64,000 nt of DNA. It comes from Eubacteriales bacterium. GTDB lineage: Bacteria; Bacillota; Clostridia; Oscillospirales; CAG-272. Position numbers and translations under genes: made by a program. The first letter of the stretch is position 1. Every line of letters begins with the position of its first letter. The stretch lies in NCBI GenBank assembly GCA_045659405.1, contig JAZOWX010000033.1:4205-68204 (forward strand). Reading direction: 5' to 3'. Shown in pieces: positions 1 through 9,013 of this stretch. The notes under the pieces were generated by a model that ran no database searches, was not told the DNA's origin, and worked only from the letters and a program-made list of their open reading frames with translations.

Positions 1-1248
1 ATCGTCCATACAAACGTGGTTCGCTCCGCCCTCGTCGCCAATCTCGCCCGCTGTGATTATTACGGTTGCGACGTTTCTGTAAGTACTGTGTTGCGCCTTT
101 CCGTAGTATCCGTAAAAATCCAAGGCGGTAGTGCCGACTATTGCCCGGGTAAGCGGATAGCGCACGATATAATATCCGTCTCTTTGATAGATTTTTACGC
201 CCACGCCCGAAATCACGTCACCGTAAAATCCGTCGGGGCAGATATGACCGTCAAGTATAAAGTAAAGGAAGGTCGGTATATCGTCGGTGCTGACGCTTAT
301 GGTATTTTGGAACTCGGTTGTGCTGCCGGTGGTGTTCACACCGAGAAGATTCGGCTTATCACCGTTTGGCACGCGGCGCATATTGAAGCCCTCGGTTCTC
401 GTCCACACAGAGCCGCTCGAATGCATATATCCGTATGAAACGTTAGGCGAAAACGCACGGCAAAGCTCGTTGCTTGGCGCTTCGTAGTAAACAGGAACGA
501 CGTACCTGCCGCCCTTAACAAATCCGTCCTTTACGGTGAAGCTGCCGTTGTAGCCGTAAATACCGTCCTCAAAAATGTTAATTTCCCCTTCGGGAATTTG
601 CGTGAAGATGAAGTATACGGTTTTAGCGCGCTCGGAAAGCGAAACGTAAACGCAGGGGGTGATATCCTCTTCATCTGCGGTTTCGGAAATACCTATAAAA
701 TCGATATCGGCATTCGGGTCAAGCGTGCTTCCGTCACCGTTATAGTCGGGCATTACTCCGCCGCAAATATCGCAGAAGCCGTTATCCTCATTGTCTTCAC
801 ATTCTGTTGCGACTTCGTCACAGCTGTCGCATATATGGTCACCATTTCCGTCAGCGCAGTTGTGTGAGCCGCCCAGGTCACCGCCACCTTGGTCACCGCC
901 ACCTTGGTCACCGCCGCCGGAGCTGCCCATAGCCAAATTGCAAACGTCACACTTGTTGTCGCTGTTCGTATCAGCACAAGAGGAAAGCGGCTTTTTACAA
1001 GTGTTGCACGTATGGTCGTTGTCGGTGTCCGAACAACTCGTGATTGGCTTTTCGCAGGTATCACACTTGTGGTCGTTATCCGAGTCAGCACAAGCGCCTA
1101 AAGCCTTTTGACAAACGTCGCAGATATGATTTTTATCATCATCCTTGCAGGTTGCGCAGGGGGGATTGCTAACCTCGGGAGTGCAAGAGCAAAGTATTGC
1201 AAAAATCATAGCTGTGACAGCTAACAGAGTAAAAATTCGTTTTTTCAT
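1..1248 (-). CDS. putative lipoprotein with Cys/Asp-rich tandem repeats (start in window, 3' end runs off the left edge)
   Basis: I checked all 416 plus-strand triplets from base 1 to 1248 and found no minus-strand stop. ATG at 1248..1246, with AAGGAGA RBS (1260..1254) 5 nt upstream. The N-terminus MKKRIFTLLAVTAMIFAILCSC looks like a signal peptide plus a lipobox-like LCSC. It is absent from the ORF track because its stop lies outside the window. Confidence 0.65.
   Translation of the reverse strand, partial: MKKRIFTLLAVTAMIFAILCSCTPEVSNPPCATCKDDDKNHICDVCQKALGACADSDNDHKCDTCEKPITSCSDTDNDHTCNTCKKPLSSCADTNSDNKCDVCNLAMGSSGGGDQGGGDQGGGDLGGSHNCADGNGDHICDSCDEVATECEDNEDNGFCDICGGVMPDYNGDGSTLDPNADIDFIGISETADEEDITPCVYVSLSERAKTVYFIFTQIPEGEINIFEDGIYGYNGSFTVKDGFVKGGRYVVPVYYEAPSNELCRAFSPNVSYGYMHSSGSVWTRTEGFNMRRVPNGDKPNLLGVNTTGSTTEFQNTISVSTDDIPTFLYFILDGHICPDGFYGDVISGVGVKIYQRDGYYIVRYPLTRAIVGTTALDFYGYYGKAQHSTYRNVATVIITAGEIGDEGGANHVCMDD
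763..1158 (-). repeat. six tandem ~19-20-aa Cys/Asp repeats (C-x-D-x-[DN]-x-[DN]-[HNG]-x-C-[DN]-x-C) inside the lipoprotein gene
   Basis: The translation reads CKDDDKNHICDVC / CADSDNDHKCDTC / CSDTDNDHTCNTC / CADTNSDNKCDVC / CADGNGDHICDSC / CEDNEDNGFCDIC. It resembles shortened thrombospondin type-3 Ca-binding repeats; this resemblance is judged by eye only. Confidence 0.6.
876..920 (-). repeat. 15-nt tandem repeat x3 (ggtcaccgccacctt) encoding GGGDQ-GGGDQ-GGGDL
   Basis: Direct reading gives units at 876-890, 891-905 and 906-920; the last unit is slightly diverged. Confidence 0.85.
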
Positions 1249-1354
1249 AATTTTCTCCTTGCAGCGTGAGCTAAAATATTAAGAGTCTTTTATAAGAAAA
1301 TTATACTATAAGCCGAATAAAATGTCAAGGAAAGGGGCTATTTTCACATATCAC

Positions 1355-1383
1355 TTGCAAAAAGTGCGGTTTTGTAGTATCAT
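1355..1383 (+). promoter_or_regulatory. candidate sigma-A promoter for dusB (TTGCAA-17 nt-TATCAT)
   Basis: Hexamers at 1355-1360 and 1378-1383 with a 17-nt spacer. It lies inside the longer 1322 ORF, which argues for the 1415 start. Confidence 0.35.
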
Positions 1384-1414
1384 TGAATTAAAACGTGAAG
1401 AAACGAGAAGCCTT

Positions 1415-2383
1415 ATGAGGATAGGAAATACAGAGCTTGAATACGGACTGTGCCTAGCGCCAATGGCGGGATATACCGACAGAGCTATGCGTATTGTGGC
1501 GCACAAATTCGGCGCTGAATACTCGGTAAGCGAGATGATAAGCGCAAAGGCTGTGGTTTTTGGTGATAAAAAGACGCATAAGCTTGCCGAAATTTCAGCC
1601 GACGAGGGAAAGGTTGCTCTGCAGATTTTCGGCAGTGAGCCTGATGTTATGGCAGAGGCGGCGGCTATGCTAGAGGGCGGCGAGCGTGGATTTTGTAAAC
1701 CCGTCGCTATTGATATAAATATGGGATGCCCCGTGCATAAGATATTTTCGAGCGGAGATGGCAGTGCGCTTATGCGCTCACCCGATTTGATTTACCGCAT
1801 AGTCGAAGCTACGTCGGGGGCAACGAAGCTGCCTGTTACGGTCAAGCTCCGCCTCGGTATTGACGAGCGAAGCATAAACGTCAGCGAATGCGCTATCGCT
1901 GCCGAATCCGGCGGCGCTGCGGCTGTTTGCATACACGGCAGAACTCGCACGCAGATGTATTCGGGAGAGGCAAGCTATGAAAAAATTGCCGAGGTTGTCG
2001 GTGCTGTCAAAATCCCGGTTATTGCCAACGGAGATATAACAAATGCCGAAAAAGCTTTGCGTGTTCTTAAAAGCACGGGTGCTGCGGCAATTGCCATAGG
2101 TCGAGGCGCTGTCGGCAATCCGTTCCTTTTTTCAGAGATACGGGCGGCATTTTCGGGCGGTGTATATACACCTCCAACGCTCATAGAGCGTGTTGATACA
2201 GCACTTATGCAGCTGAAGCTTGCGGTCACGTTTAACGGTGAGGAGATTGCCGTCAGAGAAGCGAGAAAGCAGATTGCGCTCTATTTGTCGGGATTTCGGG
2301 GTGCGGCGGCAGTAAGAGCAAAAATAAACACCGCCACAACTTATGCCGAGGCAGAGGCTGCCTTGCGCTCACTCTTTGAATAA
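1415..2383 (+). CDS. dusB: tRNA-dihydrouridine synthase
   Basis: MRIGNTELEYGLCLAPMAGYTDRAMR..., INMGCP and the TIM-barrel Dus pattern. The track ORF starts at 1322, but the conserved N-terminus begins at the ATG at 1415. Confidence 0.85.
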   Translation: MRIGNTELEYGLCLAPMAGYTDRAMRIVAHKFGAEYSVSEMISAKAVVFGDKKTHKLAEISADEGKVALQIFGSEPDVMAEAAAMLEGGERGFCKPVAIDINMGCPVHKIFSSGDGSALMRSPDLIYRIVEATSGATKLPVTVKLRLGIDERSINVSECAIAAESGGAAAVCIHGRTRTQMYSGEASYEKIAEVVGAVKIPVIANGDITNAEKALRVLKSTGAAAIAIGRGAVGNPFLFSEIRAAFSGGVYTPPTLIERVDTALMQLKLAVTFNGEEIAVREARKQIALYLSGFRGAAAVRAKINTATTYAEAEAALRSLFE

Positions 2384-2451
2384 TTACGAGACTATTTACA
2401 AATTTCGTAATTTGTGCTACAATAAAACAAAAACTTTGCGAGGTAAAATTT

Positions 2452-3237
2452 ATGTCAATAGCTATTATCACGGGCGCATCAAGCGGAATGGGCGCTGAAT
2501 TTGTAAAGCAGCTTAAGCTCCAGTACGGAGTAAATGATTTTTGGCTTATAGCAAGGCGAGAGGATAAAATGCGTGCTATTGCGGATGAGCTTTCGGTAAA
2601 TGCGAAAATAATCCCCGCTGACCTGACGCTTCCCGAGGGAATAGAAAAGCTCAAGCGTGAGCTTGAAGCCGAGCGCCCCTCGGTAAAATATCTCATAAAT
2701 TCAGCGGGATTTGGAAATTTCGGCTCGTTTGACCAGCTCCCCGAGAGGGATGTCACAAAGATGATTGACCTCAACGTAAAGGCGCTTGTGCTTATCACGC
2801 ATATGGTAATTCCTTATATGGAGCGTGGCGGCAGAATTGTTGAGCTTGGAAGCGGCTCCTGCTTTACGCCCCTGCCGAGCTTTAATATTTACGCATCGAG
2901 CAAGGCTTTTGTTCTTCATTATACAAAGGGTCTTAATCCCGAAATAAAAAAATACGGACTTCGTGCCACCTGCTTCTGCCCCGGTTGGGTTGAAACCGAG
3001 TTTCTCGATAAGGCAACCGGCAGGTCTGACGTAACCGTGCCAAAAAAGATGTCGCCTATGCTTAAGTGCGAGGATGTTGTAAGGGGCTGTGTGAAATCGC
3101 TAAAGCGCGCACCTACAATGTACGTTACGAATTGGTACACGAAGCTTCAGCATCTACTCTTTAAGCTTGTACCCGACGTTATTCTCACAAAGCTCTGGCT
3201 CGGAATGTTGAAATACCCGAATGGAGCAGAAAAATAA
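2452..3237 (+). CDS. SDR-family short-chain dehydrogenase/oxidoreductase
   Basis: TGASSGMG Rossmann motif near the N-terminus and the YASSK (YxxxK) catalytic motif. Confidence 0.85.
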   Translation: MSIAIITGASSGMGAEFVKQLKLQYGVNDFWLIARREDKMRAIADELSVNAKIIPADLTLPEGIEKLKRELEAERPSVKYLINSAGFGNFGSFDQLPERDVTKMIDLNVKALVLITHMVIPYMERGGRIVELGSGSCFTPLPSFNIYASSKAFVLHYTKGLNPEIKKYGLRATCFCPGWVETEFLDKATGRSDVTVPKKMSPMLKCEDVVRGCVKSLKRAPTMYVTNWYTKLQHLLFKLVPDVILTKLWLGMLKYPNGAEK

Positions 3238-3980
3238 TGGGTAGAAAAAATCTTTCCCCCGGTGCGCTTACAGCGCCGCTTCCTGCGGTTATGGTAACCG
3301 TCGGGGATATGGAAAATTCGAATATTATAACCGTTGCCTGGACGGGAATACTTGCAACGCATCCGCCAAAGGCGTACGTCTCGGTGCGCCCGAGCCGCCA
3401 TTCCTACGGAATGATAAAGGCGAGCGGTGAATTCGTAATAAATCTCACAAACGAAAAGCTTCTCTTTGCAACCGATTTTTCGGGTATATATACCGGGGCA
3501 AAGCTGGATAAATTCGAGCGGCTTTCGCTTACAAAGGTGAAAAGCGAAAAGGTAGCGCCGCCGACCATTGCCGAAGCGCCGCTGTCGCTTGAATGCCGTG
3601 TTTGCGAGGTTTTGAGTATGGGTACGCACGACGTTTTTATCGCTGATATTTTGAGCGTTTCCTGTGATGATTCTCTCATTGACGAGGCGGGGAAAATTCA
3701 TCTTGATAAGGCGGAGCTTTTAGCCTATGCGCACGGTGAATACTATGCGCTCGGTAAAATGCTCGGCAAATTCGGCTTTAGCGCCGCAAAGAAAAAAAGC
3801 GCCCCGAAGCCGAAAACCAAGTCTGCCGCAAAAGCCTCTGCGGCCACGTCAATGAAAAAAAGTTCAGCCGCACGTGTAAATGCCGGGGAAAAGAGTGCGG
3901 AAAATAAAAAAAGCTCTGATTCGGGTGAGCCGTTTTATATCGGAGCGCTCAAATATAAAAAGAGGAGGGGCAAAAAATGA
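3237..3980 (+). CDS. flavin reductase-like (FMN-binding split barrel) protein with K/A/S-rich basic C-terminal tail
   Basis: LPAVMVTVGD...NIITVAWTG...PPKAYVSVRPSRHSY is typical of the flavin reductase domain. The last ~65 aa are low-complexity and basic. The start overlaps the SDR stop. Confidence 0.75.
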   Translation: MGRKNLSPGALTAPLPAVMVTVGDMENSNIITVAWTGILATHPPKAYVSVRPSRHSYGMIKASGEFVINLTNEKLLFATDFSGIYTGAKLDKFERLSLTKVKSEKVAPPTIAEAPLSLECRVCEVLSMGTHDVFIADILSVSCDDSLIDEAGKIHLDKAELLAYAHGEYYALGKMLGKFGFSAAKKKSAPKPKTKSAAKASAATSMKKSSAARVNAGEKSAENKKSSDSGEPFYIGALKYKKRRGKK

Positions 3981-4375
3981 AAAATGAAAATTCAGAACGA
4001 ATAAGGGCGAGAATTCTTTCCTTGATAGATTCCGAATTTGAAAGCGATGCTGCGTTTGAGCGAGCAATGAATCTGCCCGATAAAACCGTCAGCAACTGGC
4101 GGCGCGGACGCTCGTCGTCATATATGAATATGCTCCCGACTCTTTCCGAAAGCTTCAGGGTAAACGTCGGTGAGCTTCTTGATATCCCGCTTCGCAAGGA
4201 TACCTCGGAGCTTTCCGAGGAGGAGCTGCATCTTTTGCATCTTTACCGCAAATCACGCACAATGCCGCCCAAAATGCGCTCGGCTCTGCGTGAGAGTGTT
4301 GAGTCTGTTATAAACCTGTATATCACCTCGGCAAACGAGATAAGAAAAGAGAAAAGAGATAAGAAAAGCAAATAA
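3977..4375 (+). CDS. XRE-family helix-turn-helix transcriptional regulator
   Basis: FERAMNLPDKTVSNWRRGRSSSYMNMLPTLSESFRVNVGELL matches the HTH_3-type pattern. A 4-nt ATGA overlap links it to the upstream gene. Confidence 0.7.
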   Translation: MKNENSERIRARILSLIDSEFESDAAFERAMNLPDKTVSNWRRGRSSSYMNMLPTLSESFRVNVGELLDIPLRKDTSELSEEELHLLHLYRKSRTMPPKMRSALRESVESVINLYITSANEIRKEKRDKKSK

Positions 4376-4605
4376 AAGTTGTCAAAAAGTGAGAAAATCC
4401 ACCCGACAGCTTGAATATTTAAGCAGTTGTTTTTTGATTCTTAATGAAACAGCCACAAGGGCGTGCGGGATTTAGAGCGGAAAGCGTTGTTTGCACTCCG
4501 AAGCTGTATAAGCATACTGCGAGAGGGGGCAAACGGCGGTAGAATAGAAAACTATAATAAAACCGGGAAAACCGCAGGTTTTCAACCTTAATTTCTTAAT
4601 GTTAG

Positions 4606-4658
4606 ATAAAAATACGGCAGAGGCACTGTTTTTTGACAATGCTTCTGCCGTTTTCTAT
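4606..4658. terminator. bidirectional rho-independent terminator (pyrB 3' end; also faces the HTH gene)
   Basis: Stem CGGCAGAGGCA (4615-4625) pairs with TGCTTCTGCCG (4640-4650) with 1 mismatch. It is flanked by an A-run upstream and TTTT downstream. Confidence 0.55.
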
Positions 4659-4715
4659 TCGGTTACGCCTAAATGACGCAGCCCCTTTTTGTTTTATGGT
4701 TTCTGTAAAAACGTA

Positions 4716-5771
4716 TTAAGCCTTGCTTGCCGTCTGGTCGCAGTAGAGGCATTTTTCGCCAACAAATTTGCGAACTATTCCACGCTCTGTGTGGGTTATG
4801 CAGTGCGGATTGTTGCAGACAAGCTCGGGGTTTTCTTCACCGTCCGGGCGATTGTCGGCATTGCCTTTTTCACCGAGCAGGAAGAGTATCAGCGCCATTC
4901 TTATATATCTGCCGTTTTCCGCCTGCTCAAAGTAGTGAGCACGCTCGTCCTCGTCTACGTCAACGCTTATCTCGTTGACACGGGGCAAGGGATGCATTAT
5001 AGAAAGGTCGGGCTTCGCACCTGAAAGCTTATCTCGTGTCAGGATGTAGGAATCCTTAAGTCTTTCATAGTCGTCACGGCTCTGGAAGCGCTCTGCCTGT
5101 ATTCTTGTCATATAAAGAATATCAAGTGAGGGGATTGCGTCATCAAGACTCTCTGTTTCAACGTAATTTCCAGAGCGGAGATATTCGTCCTTTACGTAGT
5201 CGGGAAGCTTCAGCTCATCGGGGGATATCAGAACGAAACGGACGTTTTCGTATCTGACCATTGCCGAGATAAGCGAATGCACAGTTCTTCCGTATTTGAG
5301 GTCGCCGCAAACACCTACGGTCAGACCGTCAAATCTGCCCTTTTTGCGCTTGATTGTAAGAAGGTCGGTGAGCGTCTGCGTGGGGTGGAAATGTCCACCG
5401 TCACCTGCGTTTATTATCGGAACCTTGGATGCTTTTGCCGCAACTATCGGTGCGCCCTCTTTCGGGTGGCGCATAGCGATAATATCGCTGTATGCGCTTA
5501 CCATTCTTATTGTGTCAGAAACCGTTTCGCCCTTTGAAACAGATGAGCTGCCAGCATTCGAAAATCCAAGCACGTTGCCGCCGAGCGACATCATAGCGCT
5601 CGTAAAGCTGAGTCTTGTTCTCGTTGACGGCTCAAAGAACAGCGTTCCGAGAATTTTTCCCCGACAGCTTTCAGCATATTTTTCGGGGTTATCTATGATT
5701 TTGTTTGCAAGCTCAACGAGCGAGTCAAGCTCGGATACCGAAAAATCAAGTATATCAATGAGATTTCTCAT
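4716..5771 (-). CDS. pyrB: aspartate carbamoyltransferase catalytic chain with fused PyrI-type Zn-binding C-terminal domain
   Basis: [16 protein letters not shown] and HPLPR motifs. The C-terminal extension [12 protein letters not shown]...KCLYCDQ resembles the PyrI zinc domain. AAGGAG RBS upstream. Confidence 0.9.
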   Translation of the reverse strand: MRNLIDILDFSVSELDSLVELANKIIDNPEKYAESCRGKILGTLFFEPSTRTRLSFTSAMMSLGGNVLGFSNAGSSSVSKGETVSDTIRMVSAYSDIIAMRHPKEGAPIVAAKASKVPIINAGDGGHFHPTQTLTDLLTIKRKKGRFDGLTVGVCGDLKYGRTVHSLISAMVRYENVRFVLISPDELKLPDYVKDEYLRSGNYVETESLDDAIPSLDILYMTRIQAERFQSRDDYERLKDSYILTRDKLSGAKPDLSIMHPLPRVNEISVDVDEDERAHYFEQAENGRYIRMALILFLLGEKGNADNRPDGEENPELVCNNPHCITHTERGIVRKFVGEKCLYCDQTASKA

Positions 5772-5993
5772 AATAGCTCCTTAACCGTAAGGGAATCGAA
5801 CTCATAAGGCTTTGAAAGATAGATTTTCCCAGATACATCACCGAATTTTTCTTAAATATGTGCATATTCTTCAAAAAATTCGGCTCGTCTATGAAAAAAT
5901 CTATTGTTTCAAAACTGCTTCGCATCTTACGGCGAATAAATTTTTGATGGATTTTGTTGTGACGAGTCGCAGTAAAGTACGAACTTTACAAGG

Positions 5994-6650
5994 CTATGCC
6001 CGAGCGCCGTTTATTTCGAGATATTTCTTTATGCGCTCAACGTTTTCACGGTTTTTCTCGTCTTCCTCGAGGTATTCGATGATATCGTAAACGTCAACTA
6101 CCGAGTAAACCGGGAATCCGAATTCCTCGCCAACTTCAGCCATTGCGGATTTTTCGGTCTTGCCCTTTTCTTTTCTGTCAACCATAACGAACGTAGCGAT
6201 AACCTTTGCTCCATTCAAGGAGGAAAGAATTTCCATACTCTCGCGTATTGCAGTTCCTGCTGTAATTACATCCTCAACGATAACGATGTTCTCACCCTCT
6301 TTTGGCACGTAGCCTACAAAAACACCGCCCTCACCGTGGTCCTTTGCTTCCTTTCTGTTAAAGAAGAAGGGAAGGTCAAGTCCGGATTTTGAAAGAGCAA
6401 CGGCAGATGAAACGGCAATCGAAATTCCTTTGTATGCCGGGCCGTAGAGTACGGCTTTTTTGTTGCCTATCTTTTCAAGGTAGGCTTTTGCGTAAAATTC
6501 ACCGAGCTTCGATATCTGCTCGCCTGTTTTTATGTCACCGGCATTGATGAAATAGGGAATCTTTCTTCCGCTTTTTGCGGTGAAATCTCCGAATTTAAGA
6601 ACTCCGGCATCTTCAAGAAACTTTATAAATTCTCTTTTGTAGCTTTCCAC
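5994..6650 (-). CDS. pyrE: orotate phosphoribosyltransferase
   Basis: GVLKFGDFTAKSGRKIPYFINAG and the PRPP-binding VIVEDVITAGTA motif. Confidence 0.9.
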   Translation of the reverse strand: MESYKREFIKFLEDAGVLKFGDFTAKSGRKIPYFINAGDIKTGEQISKLGEFYAKAYLEKIGNKKAVLYGPAYKGISIAVSSAVALSKSGLDLPFFFNRKEAKDHGEGGVFVGYVPKEGENIVIVEDVITAGTAIRESMEILSSLNGAKVIATFVMVDRKEKGKTEKSAMAEVGEEFGFPVYSVVDVYDIIEYLEEDEKNRENVERIKKYLEINGARA

Positions 6651-6664
6651 TTTTAACTCTCCTT

Positions 6665-7363
6665 TTAGTCTACGAACTCACGAATGCATCTTTCATAAGC
6701 TGCAACGGGGTCTTGGGCTGCTGTGATAGGTCTGCCTACAACTATGTAGTCCGAGCCGATTTTCTTTGCCTCGGCGGGTGTCATAACTCTGACCTGGTCG
6801 CCAAGCTCGCCATCTGCAAATCTTACACCGGGCGTTACGGTTATAAAGTCTTTACCGCAGGTGTCGTGCACCTTGCCTGCCTCAAGTGGTGAGCATACGA
6901 TTCCGTCAAGTCCGGCACGCTTTGCGCAGGATGCGTAGTGCATAACAACCTTTTCAAGAGGCTCGTTTATAAGAAGGTCTTCTTTCATTCTTTCCTCGCT
7001 TGTCGAGGTAAGCTGTGTTACGGCAATGAGCAGGGGGCGGGTGCCGTCGGGCTTTGTAAGGCCCTCTATTGCGGCTTCCATCATAGCGACGGTTCCCGCA
7101 GCGTGAAGGTTTGTCATATCAACGTCAAGTCCCGAAAGGACAGCCATTGATTTTTTTACAGTGTTGGGAATGTCGTGAAGCTTAAGGTCGAGGAATATCT
7201 TATGACCTCTTTTTTTAATTTCACGTACTATCGAGGGGCCCTCGGCATAGTAAAGCTCCATTCCTATTTTAACGAAAGGCTTTTTACCCTGGAATTTATC
7301 AAGAAATTCAAATGTTTTTTCAGCGCTTGCAAAGTCGCAGGCGATAATTACGTCACGTCCCAT
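6665..7363 (-). CDS. pyrF: orotidine 5'-phosphate decarboxylase
   Basis: IIACDF..., KIGMELYY and [13 protein letters not shown] motifs. Confidence 0.9.
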   Translation of the reverse strand: MGRDVIIACDFASAEKTFEFLDKFQGKKPFVKIGMELYYAEGPSIVREIKKRGHKIFLDLKLHDIPNTVKKSMAVLSGLDVDMTNLHAAGTVAMMEAAIEGLTKPDGTRPLLIAVTQLTSTSEERMKEDLLINEPLEKVVMHYASCAKRAGLDGIVCSPLEAGKVHDTCGKDFITVTPGVRFADGELGDQVRVMTPAEAKKIGSDYIVVGRPITAAQDPVAAYERCIREFVD

Positions 7364-8274
7364 CAGTGAGCACCTCCGATTATTTCTTTAAGTGATTTAA
7401 TACCGTATTTTTCCATAGCACGGGGAAGAGCCTCTATTATGTCACGGCAAGCGTACGGATTAACGAGGTTTTCAGCACCAACCTCGACAGCCGCAGCGCC
7501 TGCAAGCATAAATTCGATTACGTCCTCTGCCGTAGCGATTCCGCCCATTCCGACAATCGGGATTTTTACCGCATCGTAAACCTGGTAAACCATTCTGATG
7601 GCAACAGGCTTGATTGCGGGGCCGGAATAACCGCCCGTTTTGTTCGCAAGAAGCGGCTTTTTGCTCTTCAGGTCTATTCTCATACCGAGAAGCGTATTGA
7701 TAAGGCTGATGCCGTCAGCACCCTCTGCCTCACAAGCTTTAGCTATCGAAGCAATGTCGGTAACGTTTGGTGAAAGCTTGATTATAAGCGGCTTCTTGGT
7801 AACCGCTCTTACAGCCTTGGTTATTTTTCCTGCCATTCCGGGGCTTGTGCCGAAGCTCATACCGCCGCCGTGAACGTTGGGGCAGGAGATATTAACCTCA
7901 AACCAACCGATATCATTTTCGCTGTCGAGTGCGGAAACCGTGTAAACGTATTCCTCCTCGGAAAATCCGCTGACGTTTGCCATAACCGGCTTTCCGAACA
8001 CCCGGCGAAGCTTTGGAAGCTCGGTGTCGATAACTCTTTGTACACCCGGATTCTGAAGTCCTACTGCGTTGAGCATACCCGACGGGCATTCAGCTATTCT
8101 CGGGGTCGCATTGCCGAAGCGAGCATCCTTCGTAGTACCCTTGAAGGAGAGTGTGCCGAGCATATTTATGTCGTAAAGCTCTGCAAATTCATAGCCGAAG
8201 CCGAATGTTCCGCTGGCGGGAATTACAGGGTTTGTAAGCTTTATACCGCAAAGCTCTGTTGAAATATCTACCAT
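7363..8274 (-). CDS. pyrD: dihydroorotate dehydrogenase B, catalytic subunit
   Basis: Class 1B DHODH pattern ([24 protein letters not shown]), paired with pyrK. Confidence 0.9.
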   Translation of the reverse strand: MVDISTELCGIKLTNPVIPASGTFGFGYEFAELYDINMLGTLSFKGTTKDARFGNATPRIAECPSGMLNAVGLQNPGVQRVIDTELPKLRRVFGKPVMANVSGFSEEEYVYTVSALDSENDIGWFEVNISCPNVHGGGMSFGTSPGMAGKITKAVRAVTKKPLIIKLSPNVTDIASIAKACEAEGADGISLINTLLGMRIDLKSKKPLLANKTGGYSGPAIKPVAIRMVYQVYDAVKIPIVGMGGIATAEDVIEFMLAGAAAVEVGAENLVNPYACRDIIEALPRAMEKYGIKSLKEIIGGAH

Positions 8275-8999
8275 ATAATTTCCTCCTTTGTAAGCACAGG
8301 ACCGTCACGGCAAATGCGCTTATTTGCAAACTTTGTTTTACAAGAACAGCCCATACAAGCTCCAAATCCGCATCCCATACGCTCCTCGAAGCTGAACTGT
8401 CCGTCAGATGTACTTGCGCTGTTTATAGCACGGAGCATAGGCATAGGACCGCAGGTGTAGAAGTAGGTGTAGTTGACATCTGCCATCGCATCTGTTACAA
8501 AGCCGCGTATTCCGTACGAGCCGTCTGCCGTTGTAACCTTTACCTCACAGCCAAGCTCGGAAAATTCCTTTTCAAAGAACACCTCGTCACGGGTGTTGAA
8601 GCCGAGTATTACGGTAGGACGCTTGCCCTCTTTGAGAAGCTTCTTTGCAAGCATATACATCGGGGGTACACCTGCGCCGCCGCCGATAAGCAGGGGGCGC
8701 TCTCCCGAGCATTCGGTGTTATATCCGTTGCCAAGGCCCGTAAGCACGGAAAGCTTTTCGCCGGGGAGCATTCCCGACATAAGCTCTGTACCCGCACCGA
8801 CAGCCTTGAATATGAGCGTAAGCGTACCGTTTTCTGCATCGCAGACCGATATCGGGCGTCTTAAGTAGAAGCCGGAAAGCTTGACGTTTACAAACTGACC
8901 GGGTGCGCTGATGTCCGAGGTGTCACCCGAAAGCTTCCAAAGATACGTGTTTTTGGCTATTTTTTCGCATTTTGTAAGTTCAAATACTGTATCCTTCAC
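8268..8999 (-). CDS. pyrK: dihydroorotate dehydrogenase B electron-transfer subunit
   Basis: FNR-like RRPISV motif and the C-terminal 2Fe-2S Cys cluster CGFGACMGCSC. Overlaps pyrD by 7 nt. Confidence 0.9.
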   Translation of the reverse strand: MKDTVFELTKCEKIAKNTYLWKLSGDTSDISAPGQFVNVKLSGFYLRRPISVCDAENGTLTLIFKAVGAGTELMSGMLPGEKLSVLTGLGNGYNTECSGERPLLIGGGAGVPPMYMLAKKLLKEGKRPTVILGFNTRDEVFFEKEFSELGCEVKVTTADGSYGIRGFVTDAMADVNYTYFYTCGPMPMLRAINSASTSDGQFSFEERMGCGFGACMGCSCKTKFANKRICRDGPVLTKEEIIW

Positions 9000-9013
9000 A
9001 TCTAACTCCTCTG

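Noticed and set aside
16-521. Track ORFs 16-438 (+), 287-487 (+) and 336-521 (-).
   Set aside because: They lie within the stop-free minus frame of the lipoprotein gene (1-1248), in other frames, with no RBS.
753-1111. Track ORFs 753-1091 (-), 791-1111 (+) and 889-1101 (+).
   Set aside because: They are alternative frames of the repeat region of the edge lipoprotein gene. Their P/S/T/V-rich translations are a by-product of the GC-rich Cys/Asp repeat codons.
5791-5803. GGGAATCGAACTC, whose reverse complement contains a tRNA T-loop-like GTTCGATTCCC.
   Set aside because: No complementary T-stem, acceptor stem or anticodon arm can be drawn around it. It abuts the pyrB RBS, so it is a chance match.
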